A stretch of DNA of 64,000 nt. Source: Trichoplax adhaerens. Lineage: Eukaryota; Animalia; Placozoa. Under the pieces are notes generated by a model, which was not told where the DNA came from, did no database searches, and saw only the letters and a list, made by a program, of their open reading frames with translations. This document shows positions 1 to 23,730 of this stretch, in pieces (the first letter of the stretch is position 1; every line of letters starts with the position of its first letter). Made by a program: the position numbers and the translations under genes. The stretch spans positions 10,262,209 to 10,326,208 of the forward strand of contig NW_002060943.1 in assembly GCF_000150275.1 (NCBI RefSeq), given 5' to 3'.

Positions 1-2297
1 AAATTTAACGAATTAATGCAAAAAAATGACGACGAAGAAGTAGAGATTTGGAATGCTTTGAAGTGGGTTATGGATGACTAGTAAGTTCGTGAGCGCCGTT
101 ACAGTACATTCATTTACTTATGGATAGTACTCTTCTAAAACAAGTGAAATTTTTACTTTGACAATTATTTTTTGCGTTACTACATTTACAGCTTACCAAG
201 ACTTATGGCAACGTTAGGTATTCATTAGTAATCTTTGAAGATTAAAGATAATGAGATAGATATATTTATAACATTTAATTCTTATATACTGTCCTTTCCA
301 AGGATCGCTTGATGTGTCCCTTTGGAAGGCTGTAAATTCCCTTTCGAAGTTACTGAATGTCTTTTGCAGAACCTTTGGCCGCGGCTTCACCGAAACAAGA
401 GTTAAAGCTAATTTTAAAGTTATGCTATCTCCCGGTATGATGATGACCAGTTTAGATATTCTTATGACAATTTTTGTTTAAAAATTTGTTATTGAGCAAA
501 AATCTTAAATTCCAGGTGCTGTCGTTTCTGATGGTAGATGTTCCTTGGCGACAAGCGTTATGGCTGCATACGCTATTGGTATACTAACTGCCTTTACAGA
601 AGTAGGTGACAACATGATATAGATTATTGCTTTTCTAGTAATCAACTATGATAGGAAAAAGTTTATTATATTAGATGTTATCAACAGTTAAAGCCATCTT
701 ATTTTACATCTGTGTGATTGTATTAACGCGTTTATGTACTTTGTAGATATCTGATCGAGAGGAGCTCGCCGCATTTTTAAAAGAAACCATATTTTACTTA
801 GGAGAAAATAATATCTCCTTGGAGAGTGTCAAAACTACATTTATTAACTTGGGGTAATTTTTGTTAAAGTAATATCAATTGCGTCATAGTATCCCCTTTC
901 ATGCGTTTGTTGAAATCCTAACTTCACTTTAGCAAAGATCATGATTTACATGAATTTCTAATCAACATCTTATGGGATGCTGTCGTACATACGTCTCCGG
1001 TCGTGCGAAGCTATTCTGCTATACTCTTGAAGGTTTGTTTAACAATTTTTATTGAATTTTAGAAATGTTGCATTCATTAATGCCGTCTGCAAATCTTTAG
1101 ATTATCGCCGGATATTCAACGGAAGAAATCCTATCAAAACAAATTGTTCCTGCTTTGATAACATTAGGGACAGACCAACACTCGTAAGGCCTCTAACAAA
1201 CGAATCGTTATTACGTAGAAATTACAAATGAAATTTCCTTACCGCAATAACCAGTTAAACAAATCTGTATACTTTCGCAGACAAGTAAGACTTGCAACCG
1301 TTTCAGCGTTTGGCAGCATTGCTGAACGAGTATCAAAGAACGAAGTACGTATAGTAACATTGGTGCTAGATACATTATGTACATTAATTGAGTTTAATAC
1401 ATACGGCTTTGGATCTATACAGATTTTAGAGAGAATTGGCGCTCAGTTTCAGTCATTTTTGGAAGATAACTCCGTGAATTTTTATTATGACATCGTCAGG
1501 GAGATTGTTCAATGTTTCTCTCGTATTGGACCTAATGCAGATCCTAGTTTTCGCGACGAATGTATATTATACATTATGATATTGTGCATTACATGTTCCA
1601 AATCTTTACTCATATGTTCTAATTAGGAAATCTATTTTTATCAGTCATTTTAGTTAAATTAGTGAAAATAGCAAGCAATAATAATCAAAACGAAAATAGT
1701 GCTAAAAGAAAGCAACTGGCCTTGGATTTATTGGATGCTTATAGTGCTTTAACATGTTGCTGTATCCGATTTGATGTTTAATGCATATGATTTTACTTAA
1801 TATAACATGAACGACTGTTTTAAGATTTTACCTTAACATAGCAGTTTACTCTGATAATGTTTTGGAATCATATGTTTTACCTGGTCTTAGATGTCTTCTC
1901 GTGGATATCCAAGCTGTATATCCAGAAAATCAGGTAGGTTTATTATTTATCATAACCAAAGAAAGATAATTTTTTAGTTTTAGACACAGATATTCATTAA
2001 AAGATTTTAAAAAACCAAACATGTAGAATGTTATTGAAGCCATGATAGATGACTGCGAAGCAAAACTAAGTACCAGGTATCAAAGTATAGTTACGTTTGT
2101 CGCAATAAGATTCATTGGTTAGCATACAGATAATTATATATATTTTAATTACATTACCTTTTCTTAGCAATATTAATCAGGAAACGGTAGCAGCTGCAGC
2201 CGTAAAAGAGGATTCGCAAAATAATTTCTTACAGAAGATCAAAGAAAAACGTTTCACTGGCAAAAATGTTGCCCAAATGTTCTCAAGGAGGCAATAG
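1..2297 (+). CDS. RELCH: RAB11-binding, LisH/coiled-coil/HEAT-repeat protein (KIAA1468), 3' part; multi-exon, 5' end outside the window
   Basis: Spliced exons give HEFLINILWDAVVHTSPVVRS...VPALITLGTD...VRLATVSAFG...ILERIGAQFQSFLED...RIGPNADPSFRDEF...DAYSALTCCFYSDNVLESYVLPGLRCL, which matches the RELCH C-terminal HEAT region. Stop TAG at 2295-2297. Confidence 0.88.
1762..1844 (+). other. Minor-spliceosome (U12-type) GT-AG intron in RELCH
   Basis: Donor T|GTATCCGA, branch-point motif TTTTACCTTAAC at 1826-1837 just before CAG, and no polypyrimidine tract. Removing it restores ...TCC-F-YSDN... Confidence 0.7.
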
Positions 2298-4573
2298 TAA
2301 TTATCACCACTAACAAGGTATGAAATTAAATTTTCGTAAACTGCCTGTTAAACTCACAGTATAGCTAACTATTTAACGTAATAAAGTCAAAATACATCAT
2401 CAAACTTACGTGAATTCTGTCTGTTATTAACTAATACATCTAATTTGCTTGACTTATGTATTATACATTTCGTGAATTGTCTACTGCTAATTAATAATTG
2501 ACTAAAGCGCAGTATCATTGGAGGAATGATTCCATAATTTAATTTGTAGTTTCTTCTACATATTCTGACATTTTGTGATTCTGATAAACTATAATTATAT
2601 TACTGCAATCACAATTTCTGCAAGACAAATGAAAACTACATATTCTCAATGCAAACATTTTTACTATTTTAAATTACAGATCGATGATTTGGCCTTCGAT
2701 ATCTTGATTATGCAAAAGTTATAACAATAGAAGTAGTATTAACTTAATACGAAGTCTATATACTTCTTGTGGCTTTATCAGCTTGACAGGAAAAACTGTT
2801 CCATACGCCCGTCAACAACGACCAAGTCGCTCAAACTTAGTTTACATAGAGTTTAACGTCGTAATAGCAAACTCAGAATAAATTAAATTGGTGGTATTAA
2901 TAACTGTCGGCTAAAACGTCAAAGTTTATCCTTATACCCGTTTGAAATGATCTATGTTAGTGGTCTTTGCGGTATATCAAGACGAAGACAGATCGTTGAA
3001 GCAACGAGTATACTGTACTTATAATACCGATAAGTTATAAATGGCGATTTGGAAGAAAGAAATACTGTATATAGTATTTTAGAGTGCTCTGTGAATACTG
3101 TAAGCCCTTTATTGATCTCAAGGAAGGTTTAAGCTGGACGTTAGCTATTATGTATCATTGTAGACGCCTTTAAGTTATGGATCTTTAAATACTTTGGTTT
3201 AATCTGCCATGCTATTTTGTTGTTTTACAATACTATCAATTCGATCATTTCATTTTGCGATATCAAGATAATCTAGACTTTATCCTGCTATAATACAGTA
3301 TATAGCATATTTTATTGCGTAATTATGCACATTTAATGTCGGACCGCGAAGCTTTTAGCGTTCTCCGAAATGTTGCAAATTATAATCTAGATAATATAAA
3401 GATTATGTGCCGTTGAGATCTATACAATACACTGCAAACTATTTTAATACTACACCTATGCCTGTATACTGTAAATATTTTATCATTCCGTATTTCTTAA
3501 GCATAGTGAGGCGTTAACGTCTAGTATCTAACATGTATATTGTAACTTAAGCAATATATAATGTACATTGACTGTAAGTCGTAAATAAATTAGAAGACTA
3601 TATTTAACACTTACTTTGCGCAGCATTTCCTTCAATTGCGTATACTGTACAGCGCAAATAATCTTAATGGTCATTGCACTCGTACCTAAGGTTGTTAATT
3701 CATATCCTAATTCAAGCGGCTCATTTCCGCAACATTCAGAATACACAAGATATAAGATTTCTGTTAAGGCAGCGTTCTTAGATAATCCGTAGACCGACAA
3801 AATGCGAAGTTTTTACGAATCTAGCTTATACGTGAAGAACTTGTAAAATTTTTAACCAATCTAATCTTAGATAAAAGGGAAATTTTCATATGCAGTCAGA
3901 TCCCTTAATTCATACCACCTAAAGGCAGTGATCATTGGAATGATGGATTTCTAGTTACCATCACGTACAATTGATAACTGCCTCCATAGTATAGATATCA
4001 AAAGATAACATATTATGATATTATCCTACAATAAACTGTTTTGAGAAATTTATTATGGGTCGGCAATATCAGATGATTCACTGCGCATTGTTTATCAAGT
4101 CACTGTAACTGCAACGAACTTTATTAACAACAATTTCATTACGTATCGACAGATATTAGCTACATAACCATAGTCATAACATGTTTCGTTAACAATAACT
4201 ATTTAACAAAAATTTCTGAAGTTCTAGTTGAACGTGATCTGTCAGCTACAGATTCTTCAATTCAAACATGAAATGAACAATTCTTACAATATCAGCATGT
4301 GAGTTATGAAAAGAAATCTACTCAAATTCATTGGATTATAAATATACAGTGGAAATGTGTATACTATTTTAATCAACAGCGAAAGAATAATCTTCTTTAA
4401 AACTGTCGAGTTCATAATTAATAAAAGATGTAACTCTCAAAAAGTGTTCATATACTGTATACTTACAGTTCCATAAGGGGTATTAACTACGATTAAATTT
4501 CACTGAATGCGCTTGATCATCCATGAAGAATAAAATATATCAGAATTTATGTGGTGCTGTAACATAGCAACTC

Positions 4574-9982
<5,409 letters not shown>

Positions 9983-10051
9983 GTTGCAAGCCAGTGTGAT
10001 TATATCAATGAAAACTGAAAAATGAACTGACCCAGAATCGGTTATAACGCA

Positions 10052-10560
10052 TAGTACTATACTGTCTCGTATAGCAGTGTCGCACGATGATCATCTACTG
10101 TACCACGCTATACCAGTTTTACCGGTGATAGATTCTAGAGTTTCAAAGTCAGTATACTGTAGTAAAAAAGAAAAGAAAAACCGTTTCGACTAGTCAAGAT
10201 TTACAGTACAGTACTGTACAGTACAATGCAAACTGACAGTTCCGTACTTTCGTACTGTACTCAGTGTACTGTACTGTACAGTATAGACTGTATAGTACTG
10301 TATGTGCACATTTTAAAAATAAAATCAAAAAATTGTACTGTACCCACCAGACCTACAGTACTGTACTGTACAGATGTAGAGATAAAAAAGTAAAAAGAAA
10401 CGGAGAACGAAATTCTTATTACAGCACAGTGTACAGTACGTTGTACTGTACTGTACAGTGTACAGTATTTGACTGATTCCGAATCATCATCACTAGTGCA
10501 AACTCCCGTCGCTTTGCTGTACTGTACAGTAGTAGGAGTTCTTATACAGTACAGTATAGT
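10052..10560. promoter_or_regulatory. TACAG/CTGTA pentamer array upstream of DDX5
   Basis: Dense TACAGTACTGTA-type repeats with internal A-rich tracts (10144-10160, 10315-10332), starting about 70 bp upstream of the DDX5 ATG. Confidence 0.7.
10492..10519 (-). mobile_element. Truncated copy of the Helitron-like 3' terminus
   Basis: Exact 28-bp reverse complement of 30023-30050 (CAGCAAAGCGACGGGAGTTTGCACTAGT). Confidence 0.55.
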
Positions 10561-11501
10561 AACTGATGTTAAATTGATTTAGTTATAACGCTTGCGATTA
10601 ATACCCTGAAGATATTCACTTATAGATGATACCATAAATAATTCTATGAATGGACATACTGTAGTCTAATTAATCATCTAAAATCATGAAGTACATGTTT
10701 ACGATTATGAATATCTCTATATTAATTTATCTATTCAATATGAACTGAATTTCACAATCTTATGATGACTCATTCAGGATAGCTGCTGCCGAAAGGTATT
10801 TTAAGCTCGGCAGATAGCTGAATAAAATGAGAATTCTCTAGTTTGTTCAGCGTTGAAGCAAAGGCGCCTAAATTCTTGTCATATAGTTAACTATCTGACA
10901 GGGACACTGAATCCCGGAGACTTTAGTAATTTAGAGATTAGTTGTACGTTATCTTTGTCACGAAGTTGGTTTGTGGCAGTTTTAACACTAAAGTGCAATT
11001 ATAATTATAGTTGTTCCATACTACAATGGTAGATGACCCGGTCGCTATGCTCAGATCACTGTTCCTAATCTAGTCTCTTTATTGGTATAGTGTATACTGT
11101 ACACTTATAATATATAATTATACACTCCGATAGTAATGTTGTAGAATTCAAATTGCTAGATTGTTGTAAGGCATGCATTGCTGTACGCACAATATAACTA
11201 TATGGCAGTAAAATGTAACCAAAGTGCCATATCTGCTCTCATCATTACATTCGAGCATGATCAACGCGTAAACAAGAAATTAAACACCATAATACTGTAA
11301 TCGTTTTGAGCATAACTGATGACAAACAGTTAATGTACAGTACAATGTACATTATTCTTTAATATACGTATATATATATATATATATTGTGTTTGTACAT
11401 TTATAGTACATATACAATTGTTTCTATAGTATAATATTATGAGATACAATATACAGTTTCTATTAACATTCAAATACCTAACAGCGCATACGAATATCAT
11501 A

Positions 11502-14500
11502 TCAACTAATAATGTCAGTATTATAACTCGAAAAGTCCCCAAGATCTGTCACATAGATTTGCCAAGGAATTTCGTAAGATTTTTCTCCATTGCCTTGCGC
11601 AAGTTCCTCAATCATAATATCCAGTTCTTCATCCGACATTATAGCGATAAGATCGCCTTCATAATCAATATAATTAAGCGTAATTTCGAATTTACCGATA
11701 CGCTGGCTAGAAAGTACAGAGGGCAAAATATAGATTCCGTCAGGAAAATTGATATGAACACGTACATCAGCTGTTGAAAATTTTACTGCACTTCAATAGT
11801 ACTGATCAATTAGATACTCGCACACTATGTGTCGTAGTGATACAAAGGTTCTATCGGCAAAGGCTTACACAATCGTACAATACAATCATATCCGACGTCC
11901 AATACAATCGTACGATTTTTAAAATCACAAATTTCTCTACATATTACGTACAAATACGAATAAGTATCGCAAAATAGAGTATGCAAAATTTAAAGAGCTG
12001 TGCATACTACTGCCTTTGTGCACCGTTCATTTGGGATTAGTACAAATAAAGGATGTTTCAATCTTACCTTATTACAAAGTTTAGATTAATGATAACATTA
12101 GTGTAAATATCTACAGGTGTTTGGTGATCTTAAATATTTAAGCTTTCAACGGGTATAGATAGTAATTTATTTTAACTGTCAGTATAGACAAATGATTACT
12201 TTAATGCCATCCTACCTAATTAAGAAAAATAGGTCTTCGAATTTTGGTTTATAAAAAAACTCCGAATTAATTTCAATTTCATTCACGCAACCGTTGTAGT
12301 GGTAATTAATAACCCTTACAAAATCTTCATAACTATAATCGATTTCTTCCTGCCAAATAAAAATGGCGTATGAGCGCAAATTAGTGAAAATGTCTACGGC
12401 TTATATTTTATCACATAAAACAAGGTGCGCTACGGATGATAACGCGCGCTGTAGAATTAAAATGTATGCCGATATTCAGTAACTGAAGAAGTCTTGCAAA
12501 CAATTTGCATGTCAATACTGTAATCCTAAATTCTAACTCAACCCTGATATGGCTGTACTAAACTTACTTCAGAATCTGAGTCGCGTTTAGCATTGGTTGA
12601 AATTAATTTAAGTAAAGATTCTGTATGTACACCAATAGTCGGTTCTGATACTCTTCTTCTCGAAGCAGCCGTTGTTGCCCTAAGAATAATAATGAAGAAC
12701 TTTATGTGCCGATGATCAAAAATAGTGCAAGGAATCTGCAGAACTACGATATTTCATAGGCAGTCTTAAATATTATCATTGCTATCATAGTCTGGCTAAC
12801 TTACTCAGGTTTCCTGCGAGCTAACTTAGGACTACTACCAGCTTGATTCCTTAAAGCAAAATGTTCAGTAAGGCTGTGAGAGAATTGTTTATGTAAATCA
12901 TAGTCTTCCTTATTTTGTCGCAGAAATGACTGGATCAAGTCGCACTGTGATATTTTGCGATGCAGACTTAGTAACTCCCTTACGTAGCGATCTAAAAGAG
13001 GTAATCTCCTTTCAGCAACTTCGCGTTTAGCGCTCCTACCAAATATTATTTTACCTTAAACGAAATTGCGTAAACAAAACGAACTATTAAGATGACTTTA
13101 AAAATCTATTCCATACATTTCCTCAGTACTCCTTTCGAAGTTCCATTTTTAGTTTTGAATTAGTTCATGTACTATAAAAACTGGAACTAGAGGCTAGTGT
13201 TGCAACAGAAAGTAATGTAGTACAGCGCATAACTGCATCAAGTCAATTGACTATTAAGATCTGTGCAATAACAATCATTGAATTGCAAATTTGCAATGTA
13301 GATATGAACTACTGTATTGCACTACTAGTTATCACTTACTAATGTACCTAAAGACATATATTCACTAAGTACTGTGCAATATATACTGCAATGAATTGGT
13401 ATAACTTTAAATCTTACTGTACTGAGCTAGAGTGAATACTGAATTTGTTGGCTAGAAGAGATAGAGATAGAACTTAGAAATAGATTCGCGTGTTATACTA
13501 CGAGTATTTTCTTATTTTCAGACTAGCTTATCATGAGCCTACAATTTTTATAAACTGTAGTAAAGAAAACTTTTATCTCAATTCAGCTTAACTAACTTTA
13601 TTGTGAGTTGTAGCAGTAAAGCAGAATAAGATATAGTCGACCTTATTACACTTACTCATTTATATCATCTTACAATGATAGATTTAGCTATTAATTTTGA
13701 AATTATGCGGCGACATACTAGTGTACGGTATGCGTATGATGAAGTTCCTACCTGGCACAGTAGGTAGTATTCGATCTTGTGGATTGACCTTACCAGCCTC
13801 TAATGGAAATCGGCGTTCCAAATGTAGTAAGAGGCCATTAAATTGGCGAAATCTGCGATATATGACATGGGTTTCGCCAGAATGTAGTATTACTTTAATT
13901 GAATACACCTAAAATGCAAGACAATATTATTAATTAATGAAAGTTAGTACTGGTGTTAGCGTATGCTAGCTATTTATACAATTATATCCCATCTAAATGC
14001 AATATAATAAAGGAAAGATAGTTCCTGATCAAGGAGAGAGCTACTATAAGGATTTTAGCATAGGTTTACGTAGAAACAGGTAACGATGAAGTAAGATTGC
14101 TAGAACGAATACAGTTTGATTAACTGTAGAGGCTAGTGAAGGAGAGTCTACAAAACTTGAAATGTTAATGCTCCCGCTAACCCTATGACCAAGCTCTTTC
14201 ATGAACTGTACAGTACTGTACGTACACGTATATTTATTTTCCAGTATTTAATACCCAGACTATTAAAGAAAGTTGATTAACTGACTTCATGTTACATATA
14301 CAGTATGTAACATAATCAAAATCCTTTTAAATTATAATTATTCCTTGAAACATCAAATCTTTACTCGAGTAGAGTCACCAAATCAGATCGACAGGATTAA
14401 ACAACGTAAATAGCAGGGATTAAATAGTACAGTATACGTCAATTAATAATAATGATAATAATATAATTTAATAATTGTTACATTAAAACTTACGTAATAT

Positions 14501-14571
14501 TTCGTATTCTCCAGCTGAACTTTATGGCAATCTAAAATCGTAGCGTCAATAGCTAATTCAGATTGAGACAT
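11502..14571 (-). CDS. p40phox/NCF4-like NADPH oxidase regulator: PX domain plus C-terminal PB1 (OPCA) domain, no SH3; 6 exons
   Basis: MSQSELAIDATILD..YY|VYSIKV..IYRRFRQF..FPLEAGKVNPQDRILPTVP|GKIIFGRSAKREVAERRLPLLDRY..ISQCDLIQSFL (PX). The last exon LNYIDYEGDLIAIMSDEELDIM..PWQIYVTDLGDFSSYNT resembles the p40phox PB1 (LNYRDAEGDL..PWKLHIT..YNT). Confidence 0.8.
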
Positions 14572-14712
14572 GATTTCCGGTTATAGAATTAGAGAAGTTG
14601 CTCTTAATTTCACTTTTCACAATTAGTTATACTGTACTCTTGGTCATATTTCTCCATTAAAACATGGCTAAAATTTAAGAAACTTATTTAGGGACAACTT
14701 TTTGAATGCTGC

Positions 14713-15012
14713 CTGTACAGTACTCAGTGTACTGTAGAGTACATGTACAGTACAGTAGTATCAGCGCACTGTACAGTACAGTATGTACAGTACTGTACTA
14801 TAGGGACAGTACAGCGCCAAAAAAAGAAAAAGGAAAAGAAAATAAACACCGGCACAGTACTGTACTTAGCACGGTAGGGTATACAGTACAGTACTGTACA
14901 GTACACCGTAAACTCTTTAAGTTCCAACAAATCACTTGCACTGCACTGTACTGTATGTACTGTACAGTATGGCTGTACTACCAGCGTACTGTACATACTG
15001 TATAGTACAGTA
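14713..15012. promoter_or_regulatory. TACAG/CTGTA array in the bidirectional promoter between the NCF4-like gene and PHAF1
   Basis: Pentamer arrays flank a central A-rich tract (14819-14846). The divergent ATGs are at 14571 and 15129. Confidence 0.72.
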
Positions 15013-15128
15013 TTGAATGAATTAATTTGGCGAAGTGTTCTGGTATTTTATCCAAAATTTTGAAAACTAGTTGAGAAAAACAAAATCTTAATTATTCTCG
15101 CTGTACTGTAGTTACCTTTAAGGAAAAT

Positions 15129-20561
<5,433 letters not shown>

Positions 20562-23500
20562 GTTAAAACACTACATTGGGACGAAAAGGTTTGCTAACGT
20601 CGATAGAATTTTTCTAATCGGGCATTAGAATTAATTTATATTTTATAATAGCTTATAATTGGCCTCTAATTCACGGTCATTTTAATATAGGCATCCAATT
20701 TCGAAAGATAAGAAAAGCTTTTCTTGACTCATATACATTAATATCTCAGCAAGGTGGACATGTGTATCTTTATTGTAAGCACTACGTAATGTTTATAAAC
20801 CTAAGCGAGTAAATTTGCGTTCAAGTGAAGATTTGAGCATTTAAATAGTGTCGTTCTGTAATTTGACGCAAAATTGTAAAAGGAGACAATTCATGTATTA
20901 GTATATAAGGTATACTAAGGCTATCTAAAATTTTGTGAGACCAGCAGATACCGTATGTATACTAACAGAACACTGTATATGCGTTGTTCTGAATTAAACT
21001 GTGCCATTGTATTTTTGACATCGTAAATCTGATTTCAGTCGGCATGGCCGCAATGAATCCTACAATGGTAGGCTTTCGACTTATTTAGATCAATAAGATC
21101 ATAAAAATATAATACTATTTACTGTACGAAGCTGTCCGTATAAAACAATCTAATAACTGCATTTCAGGGATTCACTACGTTAAAATTAAAATTATATTGC
21201 TTAAATTATTCGAATGTATTATTTCTAAATGTGAACTAAGTAAAACGCTGTCGAATTTTTGTAATAAATAATTATTGTTATTATTACCAGCAAAGTGCTT
21301 TAAATATCTACCGGTAGTGACGGTATAAAGGAATATAAATCCTCCTTCCTGCGGAAATTACTTATCATGCATATTTGTACTGAATATGCAGTACTTACAC
21401 ATTTTCACACAATGCAATTCCAAATATTGAAATCAAGTTTAATTGGTAATAGCTTATTCCGGTAAGTATAATTAAGATATGAGCATATGACTACCGTTAT
21501 ATTACGATCATCTCCACTACCAAACGTATGCCGCCGAATCGGATATCATTCGCGTACATTAATTAGACTATTCAGAATATTGTAATGACGGTGCTATGTA
21601 AAGTAAAATAAGCTAGATACAGTTTCCACCTAGACGGCATGCGTATCGAGTCAATACTGAAGGCCCAAAATTATCGGAAAGCATTAGGATAGGCTAGTAG
21701 TGAAGTCTTTTAAAAACATTGTGGCAGTGAAGGAAGTGTGTCCAGGTGCATTAATGCATTAAAACAGTGGATTCTTTGTATGTGGCACGCCTTGACAGAG
21801 AGCAGTAGTATCTGAAAATTTGGTTTAGTAATATGCGTAACATCTACTTTAAACTATCGTTCAAAGTAGAGCTTCTGAACTAGCAAACGTATTTGTAACA
21901 TAAAATATGAGCGATATACGTGTAAAATGAGAGATAATCTATCGTCGTAGTATTTTACAGAACACAGAGTTGCATACAATAACATACTGTAGCTTGAATG
22001 CTTGATATTTAGTATACTCTCAATATTTAAATGACTAATGAAAACTAGACTTAGATAAATCAGGATGAGCTTACTAACATATATAGGCTTAATAACTAAA
22101 TATGATTTTATACAAGTTCCATTTATGAACAATTCGTAGATGCCAGTATCAATAATCGAAATAATACGCATGCTGTGTGTTTTCATATCATCGACACCAC
22201 AAGGCCTATCATAATAGATTAGAAACAGTAAACAAAAACTCTTCTAGATATAGTAAAGATAATTAAGTTACTGGATTAGTAATTAATAATTATAATTATA
22301 TAATCCATCTGATCGTTTTTATTTTCGCAAACCCTCTAATTATGATTTTATTTTATTAATCTACTAACCATGAAACCTGGCATAGCGGGGCATTGTGCAC
22401 ATAACGTTTAAATCTAACACTGAACGTAAGCTACACTTAGTGGCTAGATCTGTTTTCCGGATTAATCAACATACTAGTGTCGTAATAATACTGACGAGGG
22501 AATGCTAGCTGGAATAACCATTTCAAATTATCATTTAAATTTTCTAAATATATATATAATTATCATTAATTTTCGAGCAAAAGTGATCAATACCTAATTT
22601 TTTTGACCGAACCAAAGTATTGTACTAGAATGTCACAACTACAGCACCAGAATATCATATAATTTCAATGTCTTATTATTATCCCGATTTTATCTAAATT
22701 ATAACCGTAAGCACAGCAGCGTTGATTACTTTAAATGCTACTGCAAGTAAATTCTGTTTCTTACAGCTTTTTTTTACGTGTAGAACTGCGAAATGTAATA
22801 ATAATAATAAATGTAATTAGACTTATGTACCGACATAATCAAATCAGGAACTTTCATAGCCAGACTTCTTATAATCAAGTTGACATTGTCAATATGATTT
22901 TCAGTATCACCGTTACACAATTGACAAAATTTTAATTTTTGGAGAATTTTCTTAGCTTAATTGTAACATAAATCAATTTAAGTTTATTTAAAATATATAA
23001 CTTTATAATGCCCAACATTAACCCAAGATTATTATTTATTGATAATGAAATTAAAATATGGAAGTATAAAATAACTATTGGCCAATTATAAAGTCATCAA
23101 ACCGAGGAATGAATTGATAGGCAATACGCTGTATTGCGCCTGTTGCCGTAAATAATGATAAATACGGGCACAGCAATATTTAATTTGCTGATTACGTCCC
23201 ATAATTAGTAGATAAAAACCGATCGACGCATTTATCCAATTCAATTTAATAACATCAGTCACCAACATGGTGCTTATATAACATTCACATTGAGTAAACT
23301 CCAGATTAAGATCTTACATTGATCAAGCTAACGAGTAGATAAGAATTCAGTATCAATAAATAATCGGTTTTGGTAAAGCGCGTGTAAAACTGCCTGATAT
23401 GTAAGAAAAGATTATAAATTGAATCATAAAAGAGATTTTTCACTTCATTTATAAATTTACTATGTTAAAGTATTACTACGCAAAAGGAATATAAGGTTCT

Positions 23501-23730
23501 GATCAAACATCAAGAACATTTATTCCTTTTAATCATATCATTCTAACAGGACGTATAATTAATATTTTATCAGTAACTAGTGTACCCATTACTGATCGAT
23601 TGATAAAGCGGTGAAACAAATTGATATAGAATGAATCCATTAATGACAAACTATAAGATGTCTTGGTCTAATTAATGAATATGTTACATAGTTAAGATAT
23701 CCATTTTGTACAGAAAGAATGTATATTGCT

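Noticed and set aside
10264-10476. 'YCTVQYS'-rich ORFs (also 14706-15005, 14724-14996, 47017-47199, 8873-9058)
   Set aside because: They are translations of the TACAG arrays and are not proteins.
10052-10560. TACAG arrays as CRISPR or telomeric repeats
   Set aside because: No repeat-spacer structure, eukaryotic context, mixed orientation and internal location.
10605-10620. 16-bp identity CCTGAAGATATTCACT with 38398-38413, both near promoter arrays
   Set aside because: A few matches of this length are expected by chance in 64 kb of AT-rich DNA, and the match does not extend.
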